Positions 36,851-46,701 of a stretch of DNA of 64,000 nucleotides are shown one piece after another. Made by a program: the position numbers and the translations under genes. Under the pieces are notes generated by a model that was not told the origin of the DNA, did no database searches, and saw only the letters and a list, made by a program, of their open reading frames with translations. The stretch is taken from the NCBI GenBank assembly GCA_020622085.1, contig JAHRYM010000001.1:2411697-2475696 (forward strand), in the 5' to 3' direction. Positions within the stretch are counted from its first letter, which is position 1; each line of letters opens with the position of its first letter. Origin of the DNA: Paracoccaceae bacterium (GTDB lineage: Bacteria > Pseudomonadota > Alphaproteobacteria > Rhodobacterales > Rhodobacteraceae).

Positions 36851-39121
36851 ATGACGGAACCGAAGATCGAAACCGCCTGCGACTGGACCGTATCGGGCAT
36901 GGACTGTGGATCATGTGCAAGCAAGATCAAGGATGCGGTGGCACGGCTTCCCGGCGTCAGCGGCGTCGAAGTCGCAATCATGTCGGAACGCCTGCGGCTG
37001 ACGCTGGACGAGGCACAGACCAGTCGCGAAAAGGTCGAGAAAACCGTGCGAGCCCTTGGCTACGGGATCGCTCCGCGATCTGGCTCGGCAAAGAGAGAGT
37101 TCGTTCTGCCCGGTGAAAATACCGAGCGGAACCATGGCAGTGACCATGCGGGGCATGACCACGGCCCGTCGGCCGCCATTGCATCCGGGCGCGACGAGAG
37201 CGGCCACGGCAGCCCCGGCCATGTCCATGACGACCCCGCAGACCGGGGCAAGCGCTGGTATCAGACGGCCAAGGGCAAGCTTGTGATTTTCACCGCCCTT
37301 CTGCTGGGTGCCGCGTGGATCATCGAATACCTTCAGCCCGAATTCGGCAAATGGGCCTTCATTGCCGCCTGCCTGATCGGCGTGGCCCCGGTGGCCAAGC
37401 GCGCTTTTGCCGCGCTGCGGATGGGCCAGCCCTTTACCATCGAAAGCCTGATGACCATCGCCGCCATCGGTGCCCTCTTCATCAACGCAGCGGAAGAGGC
37501 GGCGCTGGTCGTCTTCCTTTTCGCCGTGGGCGAGGTTCTGGAAGGTGTCGCGGCGGGCAAGGCGCGAGACGGCATCCGGGCGCTGGCCAATCTGGTGCCG
37601 AAGACGGCGCAACTGGTCACCGGCGAGACGACGCGCGAGGTGCCTGCAGCCAGCCTGACCGTGGGCCAGACCGTGCTTGTGCGTCCTGGCGACCGCATTC
37701 CGGCCGATGGCGAGATCACCGACGGCACCTCAGGCGTGGATGAAAGCCCGGTCACCGGCGAAAGCGTGCCCAAAACGCGCGGTCCGGGGGAGTCCGTTTT
37801 TGCAGGCTCGATCAACACCGAGGCCGCATTGCGGGTCACGGTCACGAAAGGCCCAGAAGACAATACCATCGCCCGCATCATCCGTCTGGTCGAAGAGGCC
37901 GAGGAGGCGCGCGCCCCGACCGAGCGGTTCATCGACCGCTTCAGCCGCTGGTACATGCCCGCCATTGTGGCCGTCGCGGCACTGGTCGTTCTGGTGCCAC
38001 CGGTGGCCTTCGGTCAGCCGTGGGATATATGGGTCTATCGTGGGCTGGCGCTGCTGCTGATCGGTTGCCCATGTGCGCTGGTCATCTCGGTGCCCGCCTC
38101 CATCGCTTCGGCCATGTCCACCGGGGCGCGGCGCGGCTTGCTGATGAAGGGTGGCGCGGTGATCGAGGCTGCCGCAAAAGTCAGCCGCATCGCCTTTGAC
38201 AAGACTGGCACGCTGACCCACGGGCGGCCGAAGGTGACGGATGTGGTCGTGTTTGGCACCACCACCGAGGCCGAACTTCTGGCAGTTGCGTCAGGCGTCG
38301 AGACCGGGTCGAGCCACCCGTTGGCAATCGCAATCCTGAGCAAGGCAAAGGATGCAGGCGTCACCGCGCTGCCATCGCGGGATGCCAAAGCGCTGATGGG
38401 CAAAGGGGTTGTGGCGACTGTTGGCGATGCACCGGCATGGGTCGCCTCGCCGCGCTACGCCATGGAGAACGGTGGGCTGGATGGCCTTGGCCTGCGCCAG
38501 GCCACGGTGTTCGAGGAAGAGGGCAAGACCGCCGTCGCCGTGTTCCGCGAAAAGACCCCGCTTGGCCTGATCGCCATGCGGGACGAACCGCGCAATGACG
38601 CCAAGGAGTCAGTCCGCCAGTTGACCGCCATGGGCGTGACCTCGATCATCCTGACCGGGGACAACCCGCGCACGGCAGCCGCCATTGCCGGAAGCCTTGG
38701 GATGGAGTTCCAGGCCGACATGATGCCCGAGGACAAGCTCAAGGCGATCAAGGCCATGAGTGAACTGGGCGGCGTGATGATGATCGGCGACGGCATCAAC
38801 GACGCGCCCGCGCTTAAACAGGCGTCGGTTGGTGTGGCGATGGGGTCGGGCACCGATGTGGCGCTGGAAACCGCCGATGCGGCGATCCTGCGCGACCGCG
38901 TGACCGACATCCCCGCCACGATCCGCCTGTCGCGCGCGGCGATGGCCAACATCCGCCAGAACGTGACCATCGCGCTGGGCCTGAAGGCGGTGTTTCTGGT
39001 GACCTCGGTTCTGGGCCTGACCGGCCTCTGGATCGCGATCCTGGCTGATACCGGCGCGACGGTGCTTGTGACCCTGAACGCACTTCGCCTGTTGCGGTTC
39101 AACCCGGAACGTGAGGCGTGA
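36851..39121 (+). CDS. Heavy-metal (Pb/Cd/Zn-type) P1B-ATPase
   Basis: HMA domain GMDCGSCASKI, a His-rich stretch, the transmembrane CPC motif (IGCPCALVISVP), DKTGTLT and GDGINDAPAL. Confidence 0.9.
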   Translation: MTEPKIETACDWTVSGMDCGSCASKIKDAVARLPGVSGVEVAIMSERLRLTLDEAQTSREKVEKTVRALGYGIAPRSGSAKREFVLPGENTERNHGSDHAGHDHGPSAAIASGRDESGHGSPGHVHDDPADRGKRWYQTAKGKLVIFTALLLGAAWIIEYLQPEFGKWAFIAACLIGVAPVAKRAFAALRMGQPFTIESLMTIAAIGALFINAAEEAALVVFLFAVGEVLEGVAAGKARDGIRALANLVPKTAQLVTGETTREVPAASLTVGQTVLVRPGDRIPADGEITDGTSGVDESPVTGESVPKTRGPGESVFAGSINTEAALRVTVTKGPEDNTIARIIRLVEEAEEARAPTERFIDRFSRWYMPAIVAVAALVVLVPPVAFGQPWDIWVYRGLALLLIGCPCALVISVPASIASAMSTGARRGLLMKGGAVIEAAAKVSRIAFDKTGTLTHGRPKVTDVVVFGTTTEAELLAVASGVETGSSHPLAIAILSKAKDAGVTALPSRDAKALMGKGVVATVGDAPAWVASPRYAMENGGLDGLGLRQATVFEEEGKTAVAVFREKTPLGLIAMRDEPRNDAKESVRQLTAMGVTSIILTGDNPRTAAAIAGSLGMEFQADMMPEDKLKAIKAMSELGGVMMIGDGINDAPALKQASVGVAMGSGTDVALETADAAILRDRVTDIPATIRLSRAAMANIRQNVTIALGLKAVFLVTSVLGLTGLWIAILADTGATVLVTLNALRLLRFNPEREA

Positions 39122-39125
39122 GGCG

Positions 39126-39749
39126 ATGATCTCCGGCTTTGGCTGGGCCGCTCTGGCCCTTCTGTTCGGCTATCTGGCCCTGTTCTTCTGGGGAAGCGCG
39201 CTGGCCGCACAAGCGGCGGGTCGGCCTGTTTGGCTCTTCGACCGCACCACAGGTCGCGACCGATTGGCCGCCAGGGGGTTCCGCGTGGCCTTTGCGCTGG
39301 CGTTCTTCGGGCCGCTCCTCTGGCTCGCCGTGCCCACGCTCCACAAGGTTGATCCGCTGTGGACCGAGGGGCGCGCCGTCTTCTTCGGCCTGATCGGGGT
39401 CTTTGTTGCAGGGCTTGGCGCGATGGTGGCCTTTGCCGCGCAGATGTCGATGGGATCATCCTGGCGCGTCGGCGTGATCGGCGGCGAAACCGGCGATCTG
39501 GTCTCGGACGGGCTCTACCGTTTCAGCCGCAACCCGACCTTTGTCGGTCAGACGGCGCTGCTGGCGGGTGTTGCCATGGCGGTACCATCGGTCCCGACGA
39601 TCCTTGCGCCGATCCTGTTTCTCTGGTCCGCCAGCACGCAAGTCCGGTCGGAAGAGGCCGCCCTGCGCGCGGCAATCGGGCCAGACTATGACCACTACAC
39701 CGCATCGGTCCCGCGCTGGATTGGGATCGGCCGCGAGGCGGAACGATGA
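39126..39749 (+). CDS. Isoprenylcysteine carboxyl methyltransferase (ICMT)-family membrane protein
   Basis: Multiple TM segments and the YRFSRNPTFVGQ motif. The start is taken at ATG 39126. Confidence 0.65.
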   Translation: MISGFGWAALALLFGYLALFFWGSALAAQAAGRPVWLFDRTTGRDRLAARGFRVAFALAFFGPLLWLAVPTLHKVDPLWTEGRAVFFGLIGVFVAGLGAMVAFAAQMSMGSSWRVGVIGGETGDLVSDGLYRFSRNPTFVGQTALLAGVAMAVPSVPTILAPILFLWSASTQVRSEEAALRAAIGPDYDHYTASVPRWIGIGREAER

Positions 39750-40231
39750 CCAGACCCAAGCTGATTTCCCTGATCGCCGCCACGGTGCTAGCGGACCAAC
39801 TGACCAAGGCAGCGGCGCTGTCGCTGCTGTCGCAGGGGACTGCAGTCCCGGTCCTGCCGGGGTTCAACCTTGCTCTCGGGTTCAATACCGGCGCGAGCTT
39901 TGGCATGCTGGGCGGGATCATGACGGGAAAGCCGCTTCTGATGGCGGCGCTGACGGGCGCACTGACCATTGCTTTCGCCGTCATGGCATTCCGGGCGCAA
40001 CACCCGCTGGAACGGGCAGGCTTTGCGCTGGTGGTGGGCGGGGCGCTTGGCAACATCATCGACCGGCTGCGGCAAGGTGCCGTGACTGATTTCCTTGATC
40101 TTTACTGGCGTGACTGGCACTGGCCCACGTTCAACGTCGCCGATATTGCCATCACTCTGGGCGCGGTCCTGATCATCGCCGCCTCCCTTCCCTTTCGCCG
40201 CCGCAAGGAGCCGGTTCTTGACCAAAGCTGA
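39746..40231 (+). CDS. lspA: Lipoprotein signal peptidase II
   Basis: DQLTK, GFNTGASFG, GNIIDRL, VTDFLD and FNVADIAITLG blocks are characteristic of LspA. This is a PbrC-like position. Confidence 0.85.
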   Translation: MTRPKLISLIAATVLADQLTKAAALSLLSQGTAVPVLPGFNLALGFNTGASFGMLGGIMTGKPLLMAALTGALTIAFAVMAFRAQHPLERAGFALVVGGALGNIIDRLRQGAVTDFLDLYWRDWHWPTFNVADIAITLGAVLIIAASLPFRRRKEPVLDQS

Positions 40232-40655
40232 CCCGCAAACCCTGTCGCGCGACGATGTTGCCCTGACCGCAGCTTTCTTGATCGCTTTGGCGGCTACGCT
40301 TGGTGCGCTGTTCATCGGAGAGGTGCTTGGCCAGATGCCCTGCACGCTGTGCTGGTATCAGCGCATCGCCATGTTCCCGCTGGTGCCGATCCTCGGCCTG
40401 TCGCTCTGGCGCAGAGACGGGGGGGCCAGGGCTTATGGGTTGCCGCTGGCGCTGGGCGGTCTCGCGCTGGCGGCATGGCATTCCGGGCTCTATGCCGGAC
40501 TGTTGCCAGCCCCCATCGTGCCTTGCACCGAGAACGGTCCGTCCTGCACCGGCGAGGCGCAGATGATCCTTGGACTGCCGATCCCCTATCTGTCATTGAT
40601 CGCCTTTGCCGCGATCCTCGTCTGCCTTCTCTTGCCGAAAGGAAATCGCGCATGA
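40218..40655 (+). CDS. Disulfide bond formation protein B family (DsbB/BdbC-like)
   Basis: CTLCWYQRIAMFP motif and four TM segments. Non-ATG (TTG) start in the ORF track. Confidence 0.7.
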   Translation: MTKADPQTLSRDDVALTAAFLIALAATLGALFIGEVLGQMPCTLCWYQRIAMFPLVPILGLSLWRRDGGARAYGLPLALGGLALAAWHSGLYAGLLPAPIVPCTENGPSCTGEAQMILGLPIPYLSLIAFAAILVCLLLPKGNRA

Positions 40656-41311
40656 ACCGCCGCACTCTCTTGATCGGGTCATCGGCCCTAGCACTTGCCG
40701 CCTTTGCTGGCGGTGCCGTCGTCATGAACCGCCGCCGCCAGGCAGAGGCCGAAGCCATAGCGGCTGCGGCACCCTCGGTGGACCCGTCGCTTCTGATCCG
40801 TGCCCATTCGCCCAGCTTCGGCCCCGCAGATGCCCCGGTCACGCTGGTCGAGTTCTTCGATCCCTCCTGCGAGGCCTGTCGCGCCTTTCACCCTGTCGTG
40901 CAGGAAATCCGCCGCCAGTTCCCGACCGAGGTCCGGATCGTCCTGCGCTATACGGTATTCCACGAAGGCTCGGACGAGGCGGTGCGCATCCTCGAGGTCG
41001 CACGGATGCAGGACAAGTTCGAGCAGGTTCTGGACGCGCTTCTCGAAAAGCAGCCGACGTGGGCGGTGCACGGCGAACCGCAGATGGATGTGGCCTGGCG
41101 CGTCGCGGGCGCGGTTGGGCTCGACCTGGCCAAGGCTGAAAGCGACAGGTTGTTTCCGGGGATCACCGGCGTCCTCAATCAGGACATGGCCGATGTCGAA
41201 TCCGTCGGTATCCGCCAGACCCCGACGTTCTTCCTGAATGGCAAAAGGCTGGAAAACTTCACTCCCGAAAGCCTGATCGCCGATGTCAGGCAAGCGGTCG
41301 AGAACGCCTGA
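40652..41311 (+). CDS. DsbA-family thioredoxin-fold oxidoreductase
   Basis: Signal/anchor segment followed by VEFFDPSCEACRAFHP (CxxC). Confidence 0.8.
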   Translation: MNRRTLLIGSSALALAAFAGGAVVMNRRRQAEAEAIAAAAPSVDPSLLIRAHSPSFGPADAPVTLVEFFDPSCEACRAFHPVVQEIRRQFPTEVRIVLRYTVFHEGSDEAVRILEVARMQDKFEQVLDALLEKQPTWAVHGEPQMDVAWRVAGAVGLDLAKAESDRLFPGITGVLNQDMADVESVGIRQTPTFFLNGKRLENFTPESLIADVRQAVENA

Positions 41312-41318
41312 AGCCCGT

Positions 41319-41777
41319 CTAGGACCGGTTGGCGAATGCGGCAAACAACGCCAGAGTGCGTTCGCTGACGTGGTGTTCGATCCCTTCGGCATCGCGTTCG
41401 GCCGTCTCGGAATCAAGACCTAGGCTCAGCAGGAACCGCAGTACGATCTCATGCCGGTGCCTGCATTCCTTGGCCAGCGCCCGGCCTTCTTCGGTCAGAA
41501 ACACCGATCGGTATTTCGCACGGGTGATCAGACCGTCGCGTGCCAGGCGGTCGAGCGTCTTGGCGACTGTCGGTGCCGTGACGCCCATCTTCGTCGCGAT
41601 ATCGACAGGACGCGCCTCACCCTGTGTGTGGATGAGTTCTGCGATCAGTTCAACGTAATCCTCGGCCAGCTCATTTCGCCGCGCAGCGCGCACGCCATGA
41701 AACGCCTCCGCGCGACTGTCCGCGGTCCGTGGTTCAGGCTCGTGGGCCACTGCGTCTTGATGATCGTTGTTCGTCAT
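41319..41777 (-). CDS. DtxR/MntR-family metal-dependent transcriptional regulator
   Basis: AEDYVELIAELI...ARPVDIATKMGVTAPTVAKTLDRLARDGLI...HRHEIVLRFL is the typical family layout. Confidence 0.8.
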   Translation of the reverse strand: MTNNDHQDAVAHEPEPRTADSRAEAFHGVRAARRNELAEDYVELIAELIHTQGEARPVDIATKMGVTAPTVAKTLDRLARDGLITRAKYRSVFLTEEGRALAKECRHRHEIVLRFLLSLGLDSETAERDAEGIEHHVSERTLALFAAFANRS

Positions 41778-41892
41778 TCATACAGTTTTGCATGAAACGG
41801 ATTGACAGGTAAAGGCTTCGGGCAGATTGTTAGCCTTGTCTAACTTTATGCGCCAAGCCTTTGGCGCTGCCCCTGCGAGGAAATCCAAATAC

Positions 41893-43038
41893 ATGCCAGC
41901 CGACACCGCTACGTCCATTGATCCGTCGCGCCGTGCCTTGCTTGTCGGCGGACTTGTGGCGGCGGGCGGCGCTGCCATTGCCGCAGGAAGTGCACGTTCA
42001 CAGACCGCCCCCGATCCGATGGCCGGTCACGACATGTCCGCCATGGCGTCCGATCCCTACGCGGCGCCGATGCCTGGCATGGCGCATGGCAACATGACGA
42101 CAGTCGGTCTGGTCGATCACGCCCGGAACGGCTTTGACCCGACGCCCATGCTGACCGACTGGGACACCGGCTCAGCAGAGCTTTTGCCCGACGGGCGCAC
42201 CCTGCGTACCTTCGAGGTCGATGCCATCGACAAGGAAATCGAGATTGCCCCCGGCATCTTCTTTCCCGCCTGGACCTTCAACGGCCGCGTTCCTGGACCT
42301 GCGCTCCGGGCCAAAGAGGGCGAGCGGCTGCGGATCATCTTCCGCAACTTTGGCTCGCACCCACATTCCATGCATTTCCACGGCATCCATTCGGCGCGGA
42401 TGGACGGGGTTACCGGCGCGGGTCTGATCGGCCCCGGTGAGGAATTCATTTACGAGTTCGATGCCAAGCCTTTCGGTTGCCACCTTTACCATTGCCACGC
42501 CCTGCCGTTGAAGCGGCATATGCACAAAGGCATGTACGGGCTGTTCGTGATCGACCCTGATCCCGCACGGCAATCTGACCCGGCCCTGACCGCCGTCGCC
42601 GCTTCGCGCCTGCTGGGCACCCCCGAAAATGCCAACTGGCAGGAAATGGCGATGGTGATGAACGCCTTCGACACCAATTTCGATGGCGGCAACGAGGTTT
42701 ACGCCTGCAATACCGTGGGCCAGGCCTACATGAACGTCCCGATCCGCATCGACAAATCGCGCCCGGTGCGCATCTACCTGCTGAATGTGACCGAGTTCGA
42801 CCCGATCAACTCGTTCCACCTGCATGCCAACTTCTTCGACTACTACGATACCGGCACAACCCTGACGCCCACGCAGCGCACGGTCGATCTGATCATGCAG
42901 TGTCAGGCGCAGCGCGGCATCCTCGAGTTCAGTTTTGCCGAGCATGAAGATGGCATGTACATGTTCCACGCCCATCAGTCCGAGTTCACCGAGTTGGGCT
43001 GGGTCGGCATGTTCGACGTGCGGGGGCCGGAAGCATGA
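41893..43038 (+). CDS. Multicopper oxidase-domain protein with Tat signal
   Basis: Twin-arginine signal SRRALLVGGLVAAGGAA. Copper-ligand motifs HSMHFHG and HCH. Start ambiguous (41827 or 41893). Confidence 0.8.
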   Translation: MPADTATSIDPSRRALLVGGLVAAGGAAIAAGSARSQTAPDPMAGHDMSAMASDPYAAPMPGMAHGNMTTVGLVDHARNGFDPTPMLTDWDTGSAELLPDGRTLRTFEVDAIDKEIEIAPGIFFPAWTFNGRVPGPALRAKEGERLRIIFRNFGSHPHSMHFHGIHSARMDGVTGAGLIGPGEEFIYEFDAKPFGCHLYHCHALPLKRHMHKGMYGLFVIDPDPARQSDPALTAVAASRLLGTPENANWQEMAMVMNAFDTNFDGGNEVYACNTVGQAYMNVPIRIDKSRPVRIYLLNVTEFDPINSFHLHANFFDYYDTGTTLTPTQRTVDLIMQCQAQRGILEFSFAEHEDGMYMFHAHQSEFTELGWVGMFDVRGPEA

Positions 43039-44216
43039 GCGAGCAAAGCCAGCCCACCCGGTCCCCCCTGATCCGCCTGTTTCTGGTGCTGCTTCCGCTG
43101 GCGGCGATGCTGGCATCCTTCGTGTGGATCGCCTCGCTTGATCCCTTGCGAAGCTTCAACAACGGCGCCCCGCCAGTCGAGGCGCTCACGGTCGAACGGA
43201 CCATTCTGGACGAAACCGGCATTCAGATGCTGGTGCGGGCGGGCGGGTCCGAGGCGATGGTCATCGCGCAGATCGCGGTGGATGACGCTTACTGGTCCTT
43301 CGCGCAAGACCCTGCCGGGCCGGTTGCGCGCGGCGATACCGCCTGGGTTCGTATTCCTTATCCTTGGGTTCTGGGCGAGGCACATCGCGTCGCGTTGGTC
43401 TCGAACACCGGCACCGTATTCGAACACGAGATCGCCGTGGCCGTGCCGACACCCAAGGCCGACGCGGGGCAACTTCGCCTGCAGGCGCTGGTGGGCGCGA
43501 TTGTCGGCCTCTTGCCGGTGGCGCTTGGCCTGATGTTCTACCCGGCGATGCGCGGCCTCGGACGACAGGGAATGAATGTCCTTCTGGCCTTGACGGTCGG
43601 TCTGCTCGCGTTCCTGCTGATCGACATGACGGGCGAGGCGCTGGAATTGTCGGCGGACGCGGCTGCCCTGTTCCAGGGATCGGCGATGGTCTGGCTGGCG
43701 GCGCTGGCGAGTTTCTTGCTGCTGATGGCCATCGGTCGCTGGCGTGGTCAACCCGAGGGGCTGGCGCTGGCCTTCTACATCGCACTTGGTATCGGCCTGC
43801 ACAACTTCGGCGAAGGGCTGGCCATCGGCGGCGCCTTTGCTGCAGGGTCGGCGGGGCTTGGCACGTTCCTCGTCCTCGGCTTTGCGCTCCACAACGTCAC
43901 CGAAGGCATCGGCATCGCCGCGCCCATCCTGCGCATCCGCCCGCCGCTCTGGACCTTTGCCGCACTGACGCTGCTGGCGGGCGGACCGGCGGTGCTGGGC
44001 ATGTGGGCGGGCAGCCTTGCCTACGCACCACAATGGTCGGCACTGGCACTGGCGGTCGGGGCCGGGGCGATCCTCCAAGTGATTGTCGAGGTTACCAGCT
44101 ACCTGATGCGGCAAAACCCTGACCGGCAGGCGGTGCTGTTCTCCCCCGAGGTTCTGGGAGGATTTCTGGGTGGGATAGCATTCATGTACGCCACGGCTGC
44201 ACTGATCAAGGTGTAG
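43035..44216 (+). CDS. ZIP-family metal transporter with N-terminal extension
   Basis: HNFGEGLAIG and HNVTEGIGIA motifs in the C-terminal TM bundle. ATGA coupling to the oxidase gene. Confidence 0.8.
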   Translation: MSEQSQPTRSPLIRLFLVLLPLAAMLASFVWIASLDPLRSFNNGAPPVEALTVERTILDETGIQMLVRAGGSEAMVIAQIAVDDAYWSFAQDPAGPVARGDTAWVRIPYPWVLGEAHRVALVSNTGTVFEHEIAVAVPTPKADAGQLRLQALVGAIVGLLPVALGLMFYPAMRGLGRQGMNVLLALTVGLLAFLLIDMTGEALELSADAAALFQGSAMVWLAALASFLLLMAIGRWRGQPEGLALAFYIALGIGLHNFGEGLAIGGAFAAGSAGLGTFLVLGFALHNVTEGIGIAAPILRIRPPLWTFAALTLLAGGPAVLGMWAGSLAYAPQWSALALAVGAGAILQVIVEVTSYLMRQNPDRQAVLFSPEVLGGFLGGIAFMYATAALIKV

Positions 44217-44386
44217 TCCTGCCCGATCTATTTGTGTCGGGACATGGCGCATCGTTGGGTGCGCCGGTTTTTGCGGATGGCAATCTGGGCGGCCGCCTGC
44301 TGACGATTGTGTGACGGCAAAGATTGGCCCTTGAAGCTCAAGCCACTGGAGGCTTTAGAAGCGGCGCACAAAGGGAGTGACAGGTC

Positions 44387-44980
44387 ATGCGATTGACGGG
44401 GCTGCAAAAAATCCTCTGGGCGGCGGCGGGACTTGCGCTGCTGGGATATGGGGCGCTTCTGCTTGTTGCAGAGCCCACGCCCGCGCCACTGGCCGAGGCC
44501 CCCTTTAGACCGAACTTCACCCTCCCCGATGCAGACGGCCGACTGCGCAGTTCGGCGGATTTTGCGGGTAAGCACACGCTCGTGTTCTTCGGCTTCACCA
44601 ACTGCCCCGATGTCTGCCCGACGACACTGGCGGAGGTTGCGCAGGTGATGGATGATCTGGGCGATCAGGCGGGCCAGGTCCAGCCGCTCTTCATCTCGGT
44701 CGATCCCGAGCGCGACCGCAGGCTGGGGCTGAGCGAATTCACCACCGCCTTCCACCCGTCGATCCTCGGGCTTGCCGGAGATGCGGCGCAAACCCGCGCG
44801 GCCGCAGACAGCTTCCGCATCCACTTCTCGCGCGAGGACGATGCTGCCGCCCCCGATGGCTATTCCATGTCGCACAGCCCGGCGCTTTACCTGATTGGTC
44901 CCGAGGGTGACTGGCTGCGCCAGTTCACCTATGGCACGCCAGCGCCGGAGATCCTCGCCGACCTTCAATCGAGATTGTAA
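44387..44980 (+). CDS. SCO/SenC-family copper chaperone (thioredoxin fold)
   Basis: FGFTNCPDVCPTTL (CxxxC) and a downstream His. Confidence 0.85.
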   Translation: MRLTGLQKILWAAAGLALLGYGALLLVAEPTPAPLAEAPFRPNFTLPDADGRLRSSADFAGKHTLVFFGFTNCPDVCPTTLAEVAQVMDDLGDQAGQVQPLFISVDPERDRRLGLSEFTTAFHPSILGLAGDAAQTRAAADSFRIHFSREDDAAAPDGYSMSHSPALYLIGPEGDWLRQFTYGTPAPEILADLQSRL

Positions 44981-44984
44981 GCCA

Positions 44985-45458
44985 ATGAAACCCACTATCC
45001 TCTCCGCTTTCTTCGCCCTGACTGCCTTCCCGGCCCTTGCCTGCGAGAGTTTCACTGTCGGCGACCTGACCATCGATCACGCCTGGTCGCGCGCGACCAT
45101 CGGCGCCGACCGGCCGGGGGTGTTCTACGTCGAAATCACCAATGCCGGGGCTTCCGATGACGCGCTGATCGGCATTGCAACCCCGGCTGCAGGCATGCCG
45201 ATGCTGCACGAGACCACGGTGACTGACGGGGTCGCCTCGATGCCGCATGCGATGTCGGTCCCGGTTCCGGCAGGGCAGACTGTGCAGCTAGCGCCGGGCG
45301 GGTATCACGGCATGCTGATGGGCCTGACGATCGCGCTGAAGGAAGGCGACAGCTTCCCCGCAACGCTGACATTCCAGAGTGCAGGCGATGTCACAATCAA
45401 CGTCGAGGTATTGTCCCTGCGCGCGGAGGGGCCGGATTGCGCACACGCCGGGCAGTAG
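44985..45458 (+). CDS. PCu(A)C periplasmic copper chaperone (DUF461)
   Basis: Signal peptide, then IDHAWSRAT...MLHET...GGYHGMLMGL, which fits the H(M)X10MX21HXM-type pattern. Confidence 0.8.
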   Translation: MKPTILSAFFALTAFPALACESFTVGDLTIDHAWSRATIGADRPGVFYVEITNAGASDDALIGIATPAAGMPMLHETTVTDGVASMPHAMSVPVPAGQTVQLAPGGYHGMLMGLTIALKEGDSFPATLTFQSAGDVTINVEVLSLRAEGPDCAHAGQ

Positions 45459-46039
45459 TTCTTGGCCTCGGAGGCGCTGCTGCTGCGTTGTCCTTTACGC
45501 TCGGTCTCGGCTGGTGGCGAAGCAGACATGATGCGCAGCCGGGTGCGGGCCTCCTTCCTCTCCCAATAGACGAAATGGCCTTCGACCTGACAGACCATCG
45601 CGGCAACCAGGTCCGTCCGACAGACTGGTTGGGTCGAGCGACCATCGTCTTCTTCGGCTTCACCTGGTGCCCCGACGTCTGCCCCACAACGCTGAGCGAC
45701 ATTTCAGGCTGGCTGGAAGAGTTGGGCGCTGACGCCGAACGGTTGAACACCGTGATGATCAGCGTGGACCCAGAGCGGGACACGGCAGTCGTGCTGGCTG
45801 AATACCTGTCGAATTTCGATCCGCGGATCATCGGTCTGACAGGACCGCTTTCCGAGATCGAGCGCGCCGCCGCTGGTTTTCGCGCCCGGTTCGAAAAGGT
45901 GCCGCAAGGCGCCCACTATACAATGGATCACACCGCGGGGGTTTTCCTGTTCCGCGCCGACGGAAGTTTCGGTGGGATCATCGACTACCACGAGGATCGC
46001 CGCTTCGCCTTGCCCAAGATTCGCCGGGTGCTTGAATGA
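45437..46039 (+). CDS. Second SCO/SenC-family protein
   Basis: FGFTWCPDVCPTTL. Paralogue of 44387..44980. TTG start in the track. Confidence 0.8.
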   Translation: MRTRRAVVLGLGGAAAALSFTLGLGWWRSRHDAQPGAGLLPLPIDEMAFDLTDHRGNQVRPTDWLGRATIVFFGFTWCPDVCPTTLSDISGWLEELGADAERLNTVMISVDPERDTAVVLAEYLSNFDPRIIGLTGPLSEIERAAAGFRARFEKVPQGAHYTMDHTAGVFLFRADGSFGGIIDYHEDRRFALPKIRRVLE

Positions 46040-46100
46040 TGAGAGACACGCGAATTGCAGAAACAGGGTGTGGCATCATCTTGTCAGGAGGAAAACGACC

Positions 46101-46580
46101 ATGACACAGCCGTTAGACATCACCCGCCGACGCGCGCTGCTCTCGGGGCTGGCAGTTGCGACACTGGCTGCAAGTCCGGGGTTTGCCCAACCGACGGCAA
46201 TCCACGTGGTGAAGGGGACCGGCTGTGAATGCTGCAATGCCTGGGTCGCCTATTTGCGGGACGAAGGTTTCGCGGTGACCGAGGAGGAGCGCTACGGCAC
46301 ACTTCTGATGACTTACAAGAATGAAGTCGGGGTGCCGCAAAAGATGATCTCCTGCCACACCGGCATGGCGGACGGCTATGTTCTTGAAGGGCACGTGCCC
46401 GCCGCCGACATCCGCAGACTGCTTTCTGAACGCCCGGAAGCGATTGGGTTGGCCGTCCCCGGAATGCCATACGGGTCACCCGGCATGGGGTCGGAAGACG
46501 ATCGCGAGGCCTACGCGGTGTTCCTGATCCGCCGCGACGGATCAACCGGAGTGTTTTCCGAGTATGAGCAGCTGGGGTGA
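46101..46580 (+). CDS. DUF411-family periplasmic metal-binding protein
   Basis: Tat-like signal RRRALLSGLAV, a GCECC motif, and an AGGAGG RBS upstream of ATG 46101. Confidence 0.8.
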   Translation: MTQPLDITRRRALLSGLAVATLAASPGFAQPTAIHVVKGTGCECCNAWVAYLRDEGFAVTEEERYGTLLMTYKNEVGVPQKMISCHTGMADGYVLEGHVPAADIRRLLSERPEAIGLAVPGMPYGSPGMGSEDDREAYAVFLIRRDGSTGVFSEYEQLG

Positions 46581-46678
46581 TTGCGTCCTGCGCTTGGCCC
46601 CAAACGCAAAAGGCCCCCGCTTTCGCTGGGGGACTCGTCAAACGTTGAGGTGGCGTTGAGGTGTTTTGGACAAGCCAA

Positions 46679-46701
46679 AACCCGACTGTTTAGGTCGGGT
46701 T
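46679..46701 (-). terminator. Hairpin AACCCGAC-7nt-GTCGGGTT, likely terminator of the tRNA locus
   Basis: Perfect 8-bp stem. On the minus strand it runs into TTTTGG, about 30 nt downstream of the tRNA 3' end. It could also act on the plus strand. Confidence 0.45.

Noticed and set aside
41829-41844. GTTAG-N6-CTAAC as a DtxR/MntR operator upstream of the multicopper oxidase
   Set aside because: Only 5-bp arms are present and the resemblance to known DtxR boxes is partial. This is too weak to call without binding data.
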